Origin: Candidatus Latescibacterota bacterium
GTDB lineage: Bacteria; Latescibacterota; UBA2968
NCBI GenBank assembly: GCA_965198115.1
Contig: OZ240241.1
Span: forward strand, 896,001 to 960,000
Direction: 5' to 3'
Length of the DNA stretch: 64,000 nucleotides
Part shown: piece after piece, positions 11,057-21,014 of the stretch
Position numbering within the stretch: the first letter of the stretch is position 1
How the letters are laid out: the number at the start of each line of letters is the position of its first letter
Notes under the pieces: generated by a model
The model's database searches: none
What the model was told of the DNA's origin: nothing
What the model saw: only the letters and a program-made list of their open reading frames with translations
Program-made: the position numbers and the translations under genes

Positions 11057-12430
11057 GAGCTATAATCAAAAGGTGTGGAAAAAGAGAAAGGGCGACCCTA
11101 CCCTTCCCGTGAGATAGTTGATTCACACAAAACCGGGTGAGAGGCCCGGTTGGGAAGGAGGATCGCCGTGAAGGAACATACGCATAGAGCCCCATTGAAG
11201 TCCATGCCGACGTGGGAGACGGTTGACGATTGGATCCGTGAAGAGATCCAGGGCCGGTTCCAGTCCATTCTGGAGGAGGAGGCGACCGCGTTCTTGGGCC
11301 GGTCGTGGTATGAGCGCCGAGCCGAGGTTGATAGCTCCAGGGGCTACAGGAACGGCTACGGCAAGCCCCGGCGTCTCTCGACGAGCTGCGGAACGATCAA
11401 GGTCCGGCGTCCCCGGGTTCGTGGTCTGGAAGAGCGGTTTGAAAGCCGCATCCTCCCCCTGTTCGCCCGGAGAACCAGGGCCATTGGAGATCTGCTTCCC
11501 GACCTTTATCTCCACGGTCTCTCCCAGGGCGACTTCGAGTTGTCTTTGCGTGCGCTGCTCGGTGATGGCGCGCCGCTTTCGCCGACCTCGATCGCTCGTC
11601 TTCGAGGGAAGTGGGAGGTCGACTTCCAGGACTGGAAAGAAAGGCGTCTGGATAATCGCGAACTGGTCTACGCCTGGGCTGATGGCATCTACGTCAAAGC
11701 CGGGCTCGAGCGCGAGAAGGCGTGTCTGCTGGTCGTGATCGGCGCGATGAGCGACGGCAGCAAGGAGATCCTGGCGATAGAACCCGGTTATCGAGAGTCT
11801 ACAGAATCCTGGCTCACGGTGCTCCGGGATCTCCGGGATCGCGGGCTCGAACATCCTGTCCTGATCGCCGCGGACGGGAATATGGGCATCTGGGCGGCCG
11901 TTGATCAGGTCTGGCCAGAGAGCCGGCAACAACGGTGCTGGAACCACAAGATCCTCAACGTGCTCGACAAGGTCGCCAAGCGTGCACAGGCTGAAGCCCG
12001 CGCACTGCTCGTCCAGATCCCCTATGCCGGCACGAAAAAGGAGGCCGAGAAGCTCCGGAAACGCTTTGCCGCACGGTATCGCTCACAGTTCCCTGCCGCC
12101 GTGGAGACGCTCGAAAGAGACTGGGATCGGATGGTCACGTTCTACGACTTCCCGAAGGAACACTGGAAACACCTGAGAACCACGAACGTCGTCGAGAGCC
12201 CCTTTGCTTCCGTTCGGCTTCGCACAAACGCCGCCAGGCGATTCAAGAAAGTCAGGAACGCCACGACTCTCATCTGGCGTACGCTCAAGGTCGCAGAGAG
12301 CCGATTCAGGAAACTCACCGCGCCACACTTGCTACAACAAGTCTACGATCAGAAACACTCAACCGGACCGCAGGTCGAAGCCGGGAAGATGGCCGCCTGA
12401 TTTCTTTTACACACCTATTGACCTGAACTC
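11057..12430 (+). mobile_element. IS256-family element, subtype A copy 3
   Basis: Near-identical to the other copies; 9-bp TSD TTCAAGCAC at 11048-11056 and 12431-12439; right TIR variant GAACTC. Confidence 0.95.
11168..12400 (+). CDS. IS256-family transposase
   Basis: Protein identical to copy 2. Confidence 0.95.
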   Translation: MKEHTHRAPLKSMPTWETVDDWIREEIQGRFQSILEEEATAFLGRSWYERRAEVDSSRGYRNGYGKPRRLSTSCGTIKVRRPRVRGLEERFESRILPLFARRTRAIGDLLPDLYLHGLSQGDFELSLRALLGDGAPLSPTSIARLRGKWEVDFQDWKERRLDNRELVYAWADGIYVKAGLEREKACLLVVIGAMSDGSKEILAIEPGYRESTESWLTVLRDLRDRGLEHPVLIAADGNMGIWAAVDQVWPESRQQRCWNHKILNVLDKVAKRAQAEARALLVQIPYAGTKKEAEKLRKRFAARYRSQFPAAVETLERDWDRMVTFYDFPKEHWKHLRTTNVVESPFASVRLRTNAARRFKKVRNATTLIWRTLKVAESRFRKLTAPHLLQQVYDQKHSTGPQVEAGKMAA

Positions 12431-13225
12431 TTCAAGCACTCGAACGGACACAACCGATTCTTCCTTTGGGTCTCGGATACGTCGAGGGCGTCACTCACAG
12501 CTATATCCGGAACGGCACGACCACCCTCTTTGCAGCGCTCAACATCGCATCCGGCAAAGTTCTGACTCAGTGCAAGCCCAGACACCGCAACAAAGAGTTC
12601 CTTCAGTTCCTCAAGCACATCGACAAGAACGTCCCAAAGGATCTCGACATCCATCTGGTCGTCGATAATTACGGCACGCACAAGCACCCGAACGTCAAGC
12701 GTTGGCTCGCCTCACGGAAACGATATCACGTGCACTACACACCAACATATGCCTCCTGGCTGAACCAGGTAGAGATCTGGTTCGGTATCATCACCCAAAG
12801 AGCCATTCGACGAGGCACCTTCAGAAGCGTCAAGGACCTGATCGCCTGCATCAAGAAATTCACTGATCACTACAACGAGAATTCTACACCCTTCGTCTGG
12901 ACCGCCACGGCAGATTCAATCCTCGAGAAAGTCCATAAACTTTTGAAGCTTATACGCGGGACGTGACACTAGATCTGGTTATGCAATCCTTCGGTAGCTT
13001 TACCGCGCTCAGCTGCAACCGATCGCTTGGCAGATCAGGCCAATTCTGGCAAAAGACATACCACGATAGAAAGATCCGATCCGACTCCGAGCTCGAAAAC
13101 CAAATCAACTACATTCTGCAAAACCCTGTCCGAGCGGGCCACGTAACCGAACCTGAAGACTGGCCCTGGAGCGAAGCCTTTCCCAAATGGTCTTCGGTCC
13201 TCGTCAGCCACCACCAGGAGACCCC

Positions 13226-13579
13226 ATGAAACGCATCCTCATCGTAGAAGACCAGGAGTGGAACCGCGATCTGCTCGTCCAGATCCTCGAGGAAGACTAT
13301 GAGGTCCTCGAGGCGGTGGACGGACGGGAAGGGATCGCTAAGGCGAAGGACGAGAAGCCGGATCTGATCCTGACCGACATGCTGATGCCCGAAGGCATCG
13401 AGCTGGCGGAAACGCTTCGGAAACATCCGGATACGGCGGACACGGCGATCATCGCGGTCACCGCTCAGGCGATGGCTGGGGACGCCGAAAACGCCATCGC
13501 CGCCGGCTGCAACGACTACGTCAGCAAGCCGATCGACGAAGACCTGCTGATGGAAAAGATCGAGAAATACCTGGCCTGA
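13226..13579 (+). CDS. Single-domain response regulator (DivK/CheY-like)
   Basis: ILIVED, PDLILTD, IAVTA, YVSKP; RBS AGGAG; ATGA overlap with the RAYT stop. Confidence 0.9.
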   Translation: MKRILIVEDQEWNRDLLVQILEEDYEVLEAVDGREGIAKAKDEKPDLILTDMLMPEGIELAETLRKHPDTADTAIIAVTAQAMAGDAENAIAAGCNDYVSKPIDEDLLMEKIEKYLA

Positions 13580-13731
13580 TCTGTCGCCGGTAAGGGCGGA
13601 CCCGCGCCTGCCCTGAGCGGCAGTCGAAGGGTGTCCGGCCCGATGGCATCTTGCCATAACCGACACTTCGACTCGCGCTCAGTGTGACGGTGTCTCTGCC
13701 GAACACCGAACACTGGATCCTGGACACTGCC

Positions 13732-14970
13732 ATGCCCGAACAAGCCAAAATCCTCATCGTCGACGATAATCCGTTGAACCTCGACCTGCTGGAGCAGGAG
13801 CTGATGGATGACTACGAGGTCGTCACGGCAACGGACGGCGAGGAGGCGATCGCGCAAGCGAACGCGGAGGATCCCGATCTGATCCTGATGGACTGGACGA
13901 TGCCTGGGATGAGTGGGATCGAAGCGGTGAAGATCCTTCGCGAGATGGACCAACACAAGTCGACACCGATCTTCATGCTGACCGCCCAAGCCGGCATGGA
14001 CGACCAGGTCGAAGGGCTCGAGGCCGGCGCGGATGACTACATCGTCAAGCCGTTCGACCCGGATGATGATGATCTGAACGCGCGCATCAAAGCCAGCCTC
14101 CGCATCGGTGGGTTGCAGAAGGCTCTGGAGACAGAACGCAACGAGCTCCAGCAGACGCTCAAAAAAGTGCGCGCAGCCGAGGCGCAGCTCGTGCACTCGG
14201 AGAAGATGGCCGGGCTTGGCAAGCTCGTCGCGGGCGTAGCACACGAGCTGAACAACCCGATCGGGTTCATCTACGCGAACATGGGTCACTTCGAGCGCTA
14301 CATCGGTGTGCTGAAGTCGATCTGTGACAAGTCGGATGTGTCTGGGGAGGATCTCGAGCAGGCACAGAAGGCTTTCTCGACCCTCGAGCGTCTGATCACG
14401 AGCTGTTCGGGTGGCGCGCAACGCATCAAGGAGATCGTACTGGGACTGCGGGCGTTCTCGCGTCTGGATGAGGCGGAGCGAAAGGCCGTCGACCTGCACG
14501 AGGGGATCGACAGTACGCTCACGCTGCTCGACCATCACCTGAAGGATCACGTGACTGTCGTGAAAGACTACGGCCAGCTGCCGATGGTCGAGTGCTATGC
14601 GGGACAGCTCAATCAAGTGCTGATGAACCTGATCACGAACGCCGCCGACGCGATCGATGGCGAAGGACAGATCACGATCGCCACCGCCGCCACCGACGAC
14701 CACGTCACGATCAGTGTCGAAGACAACGGCGTCGGCATGCCCGACGACGTCAAGTCACAGGTCTTCGTTCCGTTCTTCACGACCAAGGAAGTCGGATCGG
14801 GCACCGGACTTGGATTGTCCATCAGCTACGGAATTATCGAAAAGCACGGTGGCCAGATCGACGTCGACAGCACGGTTGGCGAAGGGACGATCTTCACGAT
14901 CACCTTGCCGATGAAAATGCCCCCCGAAACCGAAGACGCCGAAGGCCCCGGTGAAAACCAATCACCGTAG
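13732..14970 (+). CDS. Receiver-histidine kinase hybrid (REC-HisKA-HATPase)
   Basis: ILIVDD..PDLILMD; SEKMAGLGKLVAGVAHELNNP; NQVLMNLITNA; PFFTTK..GTGLGLS. Confidence 0.92.
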   Translation: MPEQAKILIVDDNPLNLDLLEQELMDDYEVVTATDGEEAIAQANAEDPDLILMDWTMPGMSGIEAVKILREMDQHKSTPIFMLTAQAGMDDQVEGLEAGADDYIVKPFDPDDDDLNARIKASLRIGGLQKALETERNELQQTLKKVRAAEAQLVHSEKMAGLGKLVAGVAHELNNPIGFIYANMGHFERYIGVLKSICDKSDVSGEDLEQAQKAFSTLERLITSCSGGAQRIKEIVLGLRAFSRLDEAERKAVDLHEGIDSTLTLLDHHLKDHVTVVKDYGQLPMVECYAGQLNQVLMNLITNAADAIDGEGQITIATAATDDHVTISVEDNGVGMPDDVKSQVFVPFFTTKEVGSGTGLGLSISYGIIEKHGGQIDVDSTVGEGTIFTITLPMKMPPETEDAEGPGENQSP

Positions 14971-15463
14971 GGGCGAATGAAGATTCGCCCGGGACACGAT
15001 GACCATTTCCCAGACGTCTGCGGGTGACAAACGCGCTCGATTCGGTGGGACCGGTCTCCAGACCGGGAAAAGACCTGTCACGCGAAGCAACAGCGTCCAA
15101 CGTTTGTGCGCATACGTCCACATAAGCGCCCAAGCGTGACATCCCAACGGCCTGGGATTTTCGTAGAACGCAGCAATGGTATCGCGCGTCGATGGCCGGT
15201 GAGGGCCATATTGCCGGCCACACAGTCGGCTCAACATAGTGCAACGGGCCGTTCCCTGTCTGGAGACAGGTCCCACAGCAAGCCGGCCGATTGGCAACAC
15301 CCAACTCGACATTCGGCGTTGAACATTCGATGTTCGACGTTCGCTCTTTGTATTTCCAAAGCCGGCTCAAGCCGGCTATTTCTGTATCAGCCCGTTTCAC
15401 TAGGCTTTGTTATCTTAGCGCGGAACATTCACGCGTTTTGCATTCTCCATTTTTCATTTTGCA
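14967..15463. repeat. Intergenic cluster of REP-like palindromes and heptamer repeats
   Basis: GTAGGGGCGAATGAAGATTCGCCC (14967); inverted pair GTGGGACCGGTCTCCAGACCGG (15045) / CCTGTCTGGAGACAGGTCCCAC (15255-15276); AGCCGGCTCAAGCCGGCT; 7-mers at 15304-15345 and 15436-15463. Confidence 0.7.
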
Positions 15464-15472
15464 CTGTCCTGA

Positions 15473-17428
15473 ATGGCCCTACCCGCACAAACCGAAGAAC
15501 TCCCAGAGCTACTGCCTCGCTCTCCGGTGACGTTCCTGTCACTCGGCATCGGGGCCGTGCTGACGGTCGTGGCGACGAACGCCGGTTCCTACGCGCGATT
15601 CATCCTGCACGCGACGAGACTGGATCAGAACCATCTGTCGATGGCGGCGGTCGTGCCGTTGATGGTGATCGTGCTGTTCCTCAACCGCGCGTTGAAGCTG
15701 AGCCGTGGCGAGCTGATGGTGGTGTTCGTGATGCCGCTGATCGGCGCGACCATGCCGACGTACTTCGTCGGCAAGATGATCGCCAACTTCACGGTGCCCT
15801 ACTACCTGGGCACACCAGAAAACCAGTGGGAGGCGCACTACGGCGGCCAGCTTCCAGCGTGGGTCGTCCTTCCCCAGGGAGAGCCTCTTCGTTGGTTTTT
15901 CGAAGGACTGCCCAGAGGGGCGTCGATTCCGTGGGGCGACTGGGGTGTGACGGTTTTTTGGTGGTCGACCGTGATCGCCGCCTATTACGCGTGCTGTCTA
16001 TGCCTGATGGTGATTCTGAGGAAGCAGTGGGTTGTGAACGAGCGGATTCCGTATCCGTTGACGGAAGTGCCGCTGGCGGTGCTCGAGGAGTCGGAGGAGC
16101 GCGGATTCTTTCGGATTCCGGAGATGAACCGGCCCGTGTTCTGGATCGGGTTCAGCGCCACGTTCCTCTGGGTGCTGTGGAACGTGATTCACCACTTCAA
16201 CCCGACTTTTCCACAGATCCCTTGGCGCTATCCGTCTCTTCAGTTCGGCCCGGCTTTCCCCCCGATCCTGATGCGGATGTATCCGGTTGTGACGGGGTTC
16301 GGGTTTTTCATGAAGCTGGATATCCTGTTCGGCATCTGGCTGTTCAATTTTCTGACGACGATGGAAGCCGGGTTGTTCAATCGGTTCGGTTATGTAGAGG
16401 ATCTGTTCGACGAGTATTCGTCGAATCCCCTGTCGATGGGTTCGCAGTCGATGGGTGCGCTGATCGTGATCGTTCTGGTCGGGTTCTGGATGGCGCGCGG
16501 GCATCTGGGAGACGTCTTCCGGAAGGCATTCAGGGGCGACACCAGTGTGGACGACTCGGAGGAGATCATGTCCTACCGAACGGCGGTCTGCGGGCTGATC
16601 GTCGGAGCCGTCTACCTTGCCGTATGGCACCATCAGACGGGGATGGAGCCGAAGTACAACCTGCTCTTCATGTTCGGGGTGCTCGTGATGTATCTCGGAC
16701 AGGCGCGGATGATCGCGGAGGCGGGGTTGATTTCGCTGAGGACACCGTTGGGACCGACCGCTTTCAGTTCGATCTTGCTGGGGACGGAGGCGCTGACGAA
16801 CCGCACGCTCGTTTCGATCGCGATCTCACACTCCTGGTGCAGCGACGTCAAGACGACGATCATGCCGGCGCTGGCCCACACGACGCGGCTGTTCGATACG
16901 ATCCGTCATCATCAGCGGAAGCTGTTGTGGGCTCCCCTCGTGGCCATGGGCGTCGGCGTGTTCGCGACGTTCGTCTACACGATCGCGATGGGTTACGAGA
17001 ACGGCGCCGCGAACTACGGGAGCATCTTTACGGGAGGGCTCGCGCGCTACCCGTGGGACGACCTGGTCAAGAAGTCCGGCGAGCCCTTTCACACGAAATG
17101 GAAACTCGGTGGGTTCATGGCATTCGGGGCGGTGTTTACGGGCATCCTGATGTTCGCACGATACCGGTCACCCGGTTTTCCGCTCAATCCCGTGGGCTTC
17201 GTCGTGGGGCCCGTCGGGCCGGTCAAGCAGGTCGTGCTCCCGATCTTCATCGCGTGGTTCGCGAAGACCTTCATCCTCCACATTGGCGGCGTGCAGGCCT
17301 ACCGTGCCGCCCGCCCGTTCTTCATCGGGTTGATTCTCGGCCACTTCATGGGCGCGGGGACTTCGTTCGTCATCGACATGTTCTGGTTCCCCGGCCAGGG
17401 GCATAACATTCCATTCAGTGATTGGTAA
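15473..17428 (+). CDS. DUF6785/DUF6784-type polytopic membrane protein (putative peptide transporter)
   Basis: 651 aa with many TM segments; LRKQWVVNERIPYPL, RMIAEAG, FPLNPVG, RPFFIGLILG motifs. Confidence 0.75.
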   Translation: MALPAQTEELPELLPRSPVTFLSLGIGAVLTVVATNAGSYARFILHATRLDQNHLSMAAVVPLMVIVLFLNRALKLSRGELMVVFVMPLIGATMPTYFVGKMIANFTVPYYLGTPENQWEAHYGGQLPAWVVLPQGEPLRWFFEGLPRGASIPWGDWGVTVFWWSTVIAAYYACCLCLMVILRKQWVVNERIPYPLTEVPLAVLEESEERGFFRIPEMNRPVFWIGFSATFLWVLWNVIHHFNPTFPQIPWRYPSLQFGPAFPPILMRMYPVVTGFGFFMKLDILFGIWLFNFLTTMEAGLFNRFGYVEDLFDEYSSNPLSMGSQSMGALIVIVLVGFWMARGHLGDVFRKAFRGDTSVDDSEEIMSYRTAVCGLIVGAVYLAVWHHQTGMEPKYNLLFMFGVLVMYLGQARMIAEAGLISLRTPLGPTAFSSILLGTEALTNRTLVSIAISHSWCSDVKTTIMPALAHTTRLFDTIRHHQRKLLWAPLVAMGVGVFATFVYTIAMGYENGAANYGSIFTGGLARYPWDDLVKKSGEPFHTKWKLGGFMAFGAVFTGILMFARYRSPGFPLNPVGFVVGPVGPVKQVVLPIFIAWFAKTFILHIGGVQAYRAARPFFIGLILGHFMGAGTSFVIDMFWFPGQGHNIPFSDW

Positions 17429-17445
17429 CCGCGATACCCATCGCC

Positions 17446-17559
17446 GTAGGGGCGAATTGCGATTCGCCCCCCGATCCATCGCGCGTAGCTTTGACGTCAG
17501 AACCTCCGGGCGCAGCAGTAGCCGGGCGCCCGCTACTGTAGGACCGAGTTCCAGCTCGG
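17446..17559. repeat. GTAG-family REP cluster
   Basis: GTAGGGGCGAATTGCGATTCGCCC (17446), GTAGCCGGGCGCCCGCTAC (17518), GTAGGACCGAGTTCCAGCTCGG (17538). Confidence 0.72.
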
Positions 17560-17757
17560 GAACGAACTGAAGCGCGAAGCCGACAGCGTTAGATGATGGC
17601 GCCCAGACATCGCCTCGTGTATTTTCATCCCACCCCTGCATCGTTTACTTGATCGAAGCTTCCATATGTCGTTGGTTGGGTTGTTCGAACGGGCACGGGC
17701 TCGTGCTTTGTGTCTGTTTTTTAACGTGATATGGCTACGAGACCGAAAGGATGCACC

Positions 17758-19227
17758 ATGAAACGCGTACTCATCGGGTCGATGAACCACGAAGTGGGCA
17801 GTTTCCATCCGATGCATTCGAGCTACGACGATTTCCATCACCTCTGGGGGAAGGACATTCTCGAAGCGTTCAGCGAAGGCGGGTCGACGACGTGGGGGGC
17901 CATCGAGGTCTTGAAGGAACGCGACGACATCGAGATCGTCCCGACTTACGCAGCTTGGATGAACACGACCGGCGGTCTGGTGGAGAAGGCCGCGCAGGAA
18001 CGCATGATCGCCGAGTTTCTGGAAGCGGTCGAAGGGGAGTCGAACATCGACGGTGTCGTGCTCTGTTTGCATGGTGCGATGTCGGGGGTGGACGTGCACG
18101 ACCCCGAAGGCATGGTCGTGGAGGGCGTTCGGAAGCACGTGGGAGATGTGCCACTGACGGCGCCGATGGATCTGCACGGGATCATCACGGACAAGCTGCT
18201 CGCGGGGGTCGATGCGATTTCGTTTCTGCACACCTACCCACACATCGATGGGCGCGAGACCGGCAACCGCGCCGCACGCAATGTGCTTAGGATGATGGAT
18301 GGCGAGTTCAAGAACCCGGTGACGGGACGCGTGAAGATTCCGATGCTCGCGCGAGGCAACCAGCTGATGACGGCGACGGGCAAGTTTGGCGAGGCGATTC
18401 GAAAATGTCAGGAGATCGAGTCGTCGCCAGGGGGCATCGCGGCGGGTGTCAACATCGGCAATCCGTTCACGGACGTGCCCGAGTTGCGATCGAACACGAT
18501 CGTGACGGTCGACGGTGATCAGGCGCGTGCGGACGAAGAGGCGCTCGAGTTGGCCAAGTTCATGTGGGAAAACCGAAACCTCTGGTTCGCGGATCTGACG
18601 CCGATGAAGGAGATCGTCGAGCTGTCGGAGAAACAGGATGGGCTGACGGTCTGCGGCGACCCGGCGGACTCGACCGCATCGGGATCGTCGGGGGACAGCA
18701 ACGCGATCCTGAGAGGCCTGCTCGACAATGGTTTCAACAAACGAGCGCTGGTACCGATCGTCGACGCGCCAGCAGTGGCCAAGGCATTCGAGGGGGGTGT
18801 GGGGAGTACGCTCACCGTGAAGCTGGGTGGAACGATCGACACGGAACGTTTCGAGCCGCTCGAGGCGGAAGTCTACGTAAGGGCGTTGACGGATGGTGTG
18901 CACGGTGGTCGACGGAACAGCGTACCCGCGCGCGCCGGCAGAACGGCCACGTTCACGCTAAATCAGCACACGGTTGTTGCATCCGAGAAACCGGCTGCCA
19001 CGACGGATTCGACGTTTTTCCTCGCACAAGGCGAAGACCCGCTCGAGTATGACTTCGTGATCGCCAAGTCCCCGAACGGATTCAGGATCTTCTACCAGCA
19101 ATACGCGTCGCAGATTCTTTACGCCGACGTGCCCGGTTCGACGAGCGCCGATGTGACGACCTTGCCCTACAAGCTGGCGCCGAGACCGATGTTCCCGCTG
19201 GATAAGGATGCGGATCCGGGATTTTGA
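17758..19227 (+). CDS. M81-family metallopeptidase (MlrC-like)
   Basis: HEVGSF, LHGAM..DPEG, DLHG, TYPHID, D..DS..SG motifs. Confidence 0.9.
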   Translation: MKRVLIGSMNHEVGSFHPMHSSYDDFHHLWGKDILEAFSEGGSTTWGAIEVLKERDDIEIVPTYAAWMNTTGGLVEKAAQERMIAEFLEAVEGESNIDGVVLCLHGAMSGVDVHDPEGMVVEGVRKHVGDVPLTAPMDLHGIITDKLLAGVDAISFLHTYPHIDGRETGNRAARNVLRMMDGEFKNPVTGRVKIPMLARGNQLMTATGKFGEAIRKCQEIESSPGGIAAGVNIGNPFTDVPELRSNTIVTVDGDQARADEEALELAKFMWENRNLWFADLTPMKEIVELSEKQDGLTVCGDPADSTASGSSGDSNAILRGLLDNGFNKRALVPIVDAPAVAKAFEGGVGSTLTVKLGGTIDTERFEPLEAEVYVRALTDGVHGGRRNSVPARAGRTATFTLNQHTVVASEKPAATTDSTFFLAQGEDPLEYDFVIAKSPNGFRIFYQQYASQILYADVPGSTSADVTTLPYKLAPRPMFPLDKDADPGF

Positions 19228-19236
19228 GACACAACC

Positions 19237-19400
19237 ATTAGGAAATTAGGAAAATAGGGAATTGGTGCGGGGATGAATCCCCACGCAGTGGACGCGAAGC
19301 CCGCTGAAGCGGGCTGTGGATAATAGCCGGCTTCAGCCGGCGGAGTTTATCCTGAGCGAAGTCGAAGGGCATTCGTAGCGTAGGGCTTCAGCCCTACGTG
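19237..19400. repeat. Intergenic multi-hairpin repeat cluster
   Basis: GCGGGGATGAATCCCCAC, AGCCCGCTGAAGCGGGCT, GCCGGCTTCAGCCGGC, CCTGAGCGAAGTCGAAGG, GTAGCGTAGGGCTTCAGCCCTACG, and ATTAGGAA 8-mers. Confidence 0.7.
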
Positions 19401-19429
19401 CCGTGGGACAACGGAACAGAGGCAAAGCC

Positions 19430-19822
19430 ATGAACAAAACTCCCGTACACGCAAAGGGCGTTTCCCGTCCCAGCAGCCCGTACTCGCAGGCGCTGACTGT
19501 GGAAGCGAAAAGGACGCTCTATATCTCCGGCCAGGTACCCGTGGATGAAGACGGATCACTGCTCGGCGCGGGCGACATCGAAGCGCAGACCCGGGCAGTG
19601 ATCGGTAACATCCAGGCCATTTGTGAAGCTGAAGGGGCGAGTCTGAACAACATCGTGTTCTGGACGATCTACCTGACGGACATTCGCCACCGACCGATCG
19701 TGACGGAGGTCCGAGCCGACGTACTCGAGGAACCTTATCCAGCCACGACGATGGTACAGGTCGCTGGCCTGGCCGTCGAAAACTGGATGATCGAAATCGA
19801 CGCCATCGTCGCCCTGGATTGA
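19430..19822 (+). CDS. RidA/YjgF family protein
   Basis: PYSQA, LYISGQVP, DIEAQT, PATTMVQV..L...IEIDAI. Confidence 0.9.
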   Translation: MNKTPVHAKGVSRPSSPYSQALTVEAKRTLYISGQVPVDEDGSLLGAGDIEAQTRAVIGNIQAICEAEGASLNNIVFWTIYLTDIRHRPIVTEVRADVLEEPYPATTMVQVAGLAVENWMIEIDAIVALD

Positions 19823-19883
19823 GTATCGAGGACTGAGAATCGAAGATCGAGAATCGAACACCGAACACCGAACACCAAACACT
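19821..19883 (+). repeat. Tandem degenerate heptamer repeat (9 units)
   Basis: GAGTATC GAGGACT GAGAATC GAAGATC GAGAATC GAACACC GAACACC GAACACC AAACACT. Confidence 0.85.
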
Positions 19884-19891
19884 TCCTTCAC

Positions 19892-20768
19892 ATGAGCGAA
19901 ATCTGGGAATGGTCACTCGACGAGACGCGAAGGATCACGCGACAGGCGCACGCCGGTCGTGATCTGACACCGGATACGTGGCCTGATGGAGCACAGGTCG
20001 CGGTCGCCTTGTCGTTCGATTTCGACGGCGAAACGAGCTGGCTGTATCGGGGTGAGCGTTCGCCAGCTGCGATGTCAAGGGGAGACTACGGGGCGCGCGT
20101 GGGGATGCCCAGAATCCTCGCGTTGCTGGATCGCTACAACGTGCCGGCTTCGTTTTTCATTCCTGCCGTCAACGGTCAACTCCATCCCGAATCTGACGAC
20201 CGGCCGTCACGAGGTTGGAGTACACGGCTGGGTCCACGAGCGCGTACAGGATCTGACAGCAGATCAAGAGTGTGAGCTGCTGACCCGAGCGTTCGACTAC
20301 TGGAAAGAGCGCGTGGGGCGGCCCCCTGTGGGTATTCGCACGCCTTCGTGGGATTTCTCGCCGCACACGCTGTCGATCATCCGCGACCTCGGATTCATTT
20401 ACGATAGCAGTCTGATGGGAGACGATCGGCCCTACGAGCTCTGCGTCGACGGTGAGCCAACGGGTCTCGTGGAACTGCCCGTCGAATGGTTGCTCGACGA
20501 CCATCCCTATCTGCAGATCGATCCTGCGCGAGGCATCCGATCCTTCATCCATCCGGATGCGGTCTTGAGGATCTGGTGGGCAGAGTTTGAGGTCGCGTTG
20601 GAAGAGGGCACGATGTTTCTGCTGACGATGCACCCCCAGGTCATCGGTCATCGCTCGCGACTCGCGATGCTGGAACAGTTGATCAAGGACATACGAGATA
20701 CATCAGGCATCTGGTTTGCCACGCACGAAGACGTCGCCCTTTATGTCAAGCCGAGAGGCGATAGCTGA
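19892..20768 (+). pseudogene. Polysaccharide deacetylase (PgdA/PuuE-like), frameshifted at ~20190
   Basis: LSFDFD..YGARVGMPRIL in one frame; HEVGVHGWVHE, G.RTPSW, YDSS, TMHPQVIG in the next. Confidence 0.85.
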
Positions 20769-21014
20769 CGGGTGCCGCACAGCCTCTCCGTGCCGTGTTC
20801 TCGTCCTATCGTCATCGACGTTGCACAGGGCGAACCGTTTGGTACCACGAGGTCACTTCCCGAATAGCCACAATCATCGTGTGACCCCCCATTCGTGTTC
20901 ATCTGTGTGTATTTGCCTGCCCTGAGTAGCGGCGAAGCCGCATATCGAAGGGTGGTTCCAAAGGTTTTCTGCAGTCCTTCAGTTCTGCAGAGTCAACGCC
21001 AAGGGTCCTGGCTT

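Larger units (their letters stand above)
10501..12966 (+). pseudogene. IS630 transposase interrupted by IS256 (10501-11056 + 12440-12966)
   Basis: Rejoins in frame (360 aa): DEKSQIQA|LERTQP, VDNYGTHK, SWLNQVE. Confidence 0.9.
10421..12969 (+). mobile_element. IS630-family element (diverged sister of 7701-10248), interrupted by IS256
   Basis: TIRs GTGTCACGTCCCAGGAATAA / GTGTCACGTCCCGCGTATAA; TA duplicated at 10419-10420 and 12970-12971. Confidence 0.92.
4675..13229 (+). pseudogene. REP-associated tyrosine transposase (RAYT, Y1/HUH family) split into 4675-4719, 7488-7700 and 12972-13229
   Basis: The joined pieces give an open 171-aa ORF: MPKKRFKHSNLREGR|WSLKGSVYSIT...AYTVMPDHIHL...RSL|DLVMQSF...FWQKTYHDRKIR...YILQNPVRAG...WPWS. 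It has the HUH, FWQ..YHD, NPVRAG and WPWS motifs. Confidence 0.9.

Noticed and set aside
7701-12969. Composite transposon of two inverted IS630s with 170-bp cargo
   Set aside because: The two IS630s are diverged, each has its own TA/CTAG borders, and the spacer has its own TIRs. Sequential insertion is more parsimonious, though a composite is not excluded.
15106-17406. 766-aa ORF overlapping the DUF6785 gene
   Set aside because: It is an Arg/Gly-rich alternative-frame ORF typical of high-GC DNA, and its start lies in a repeat cluster.
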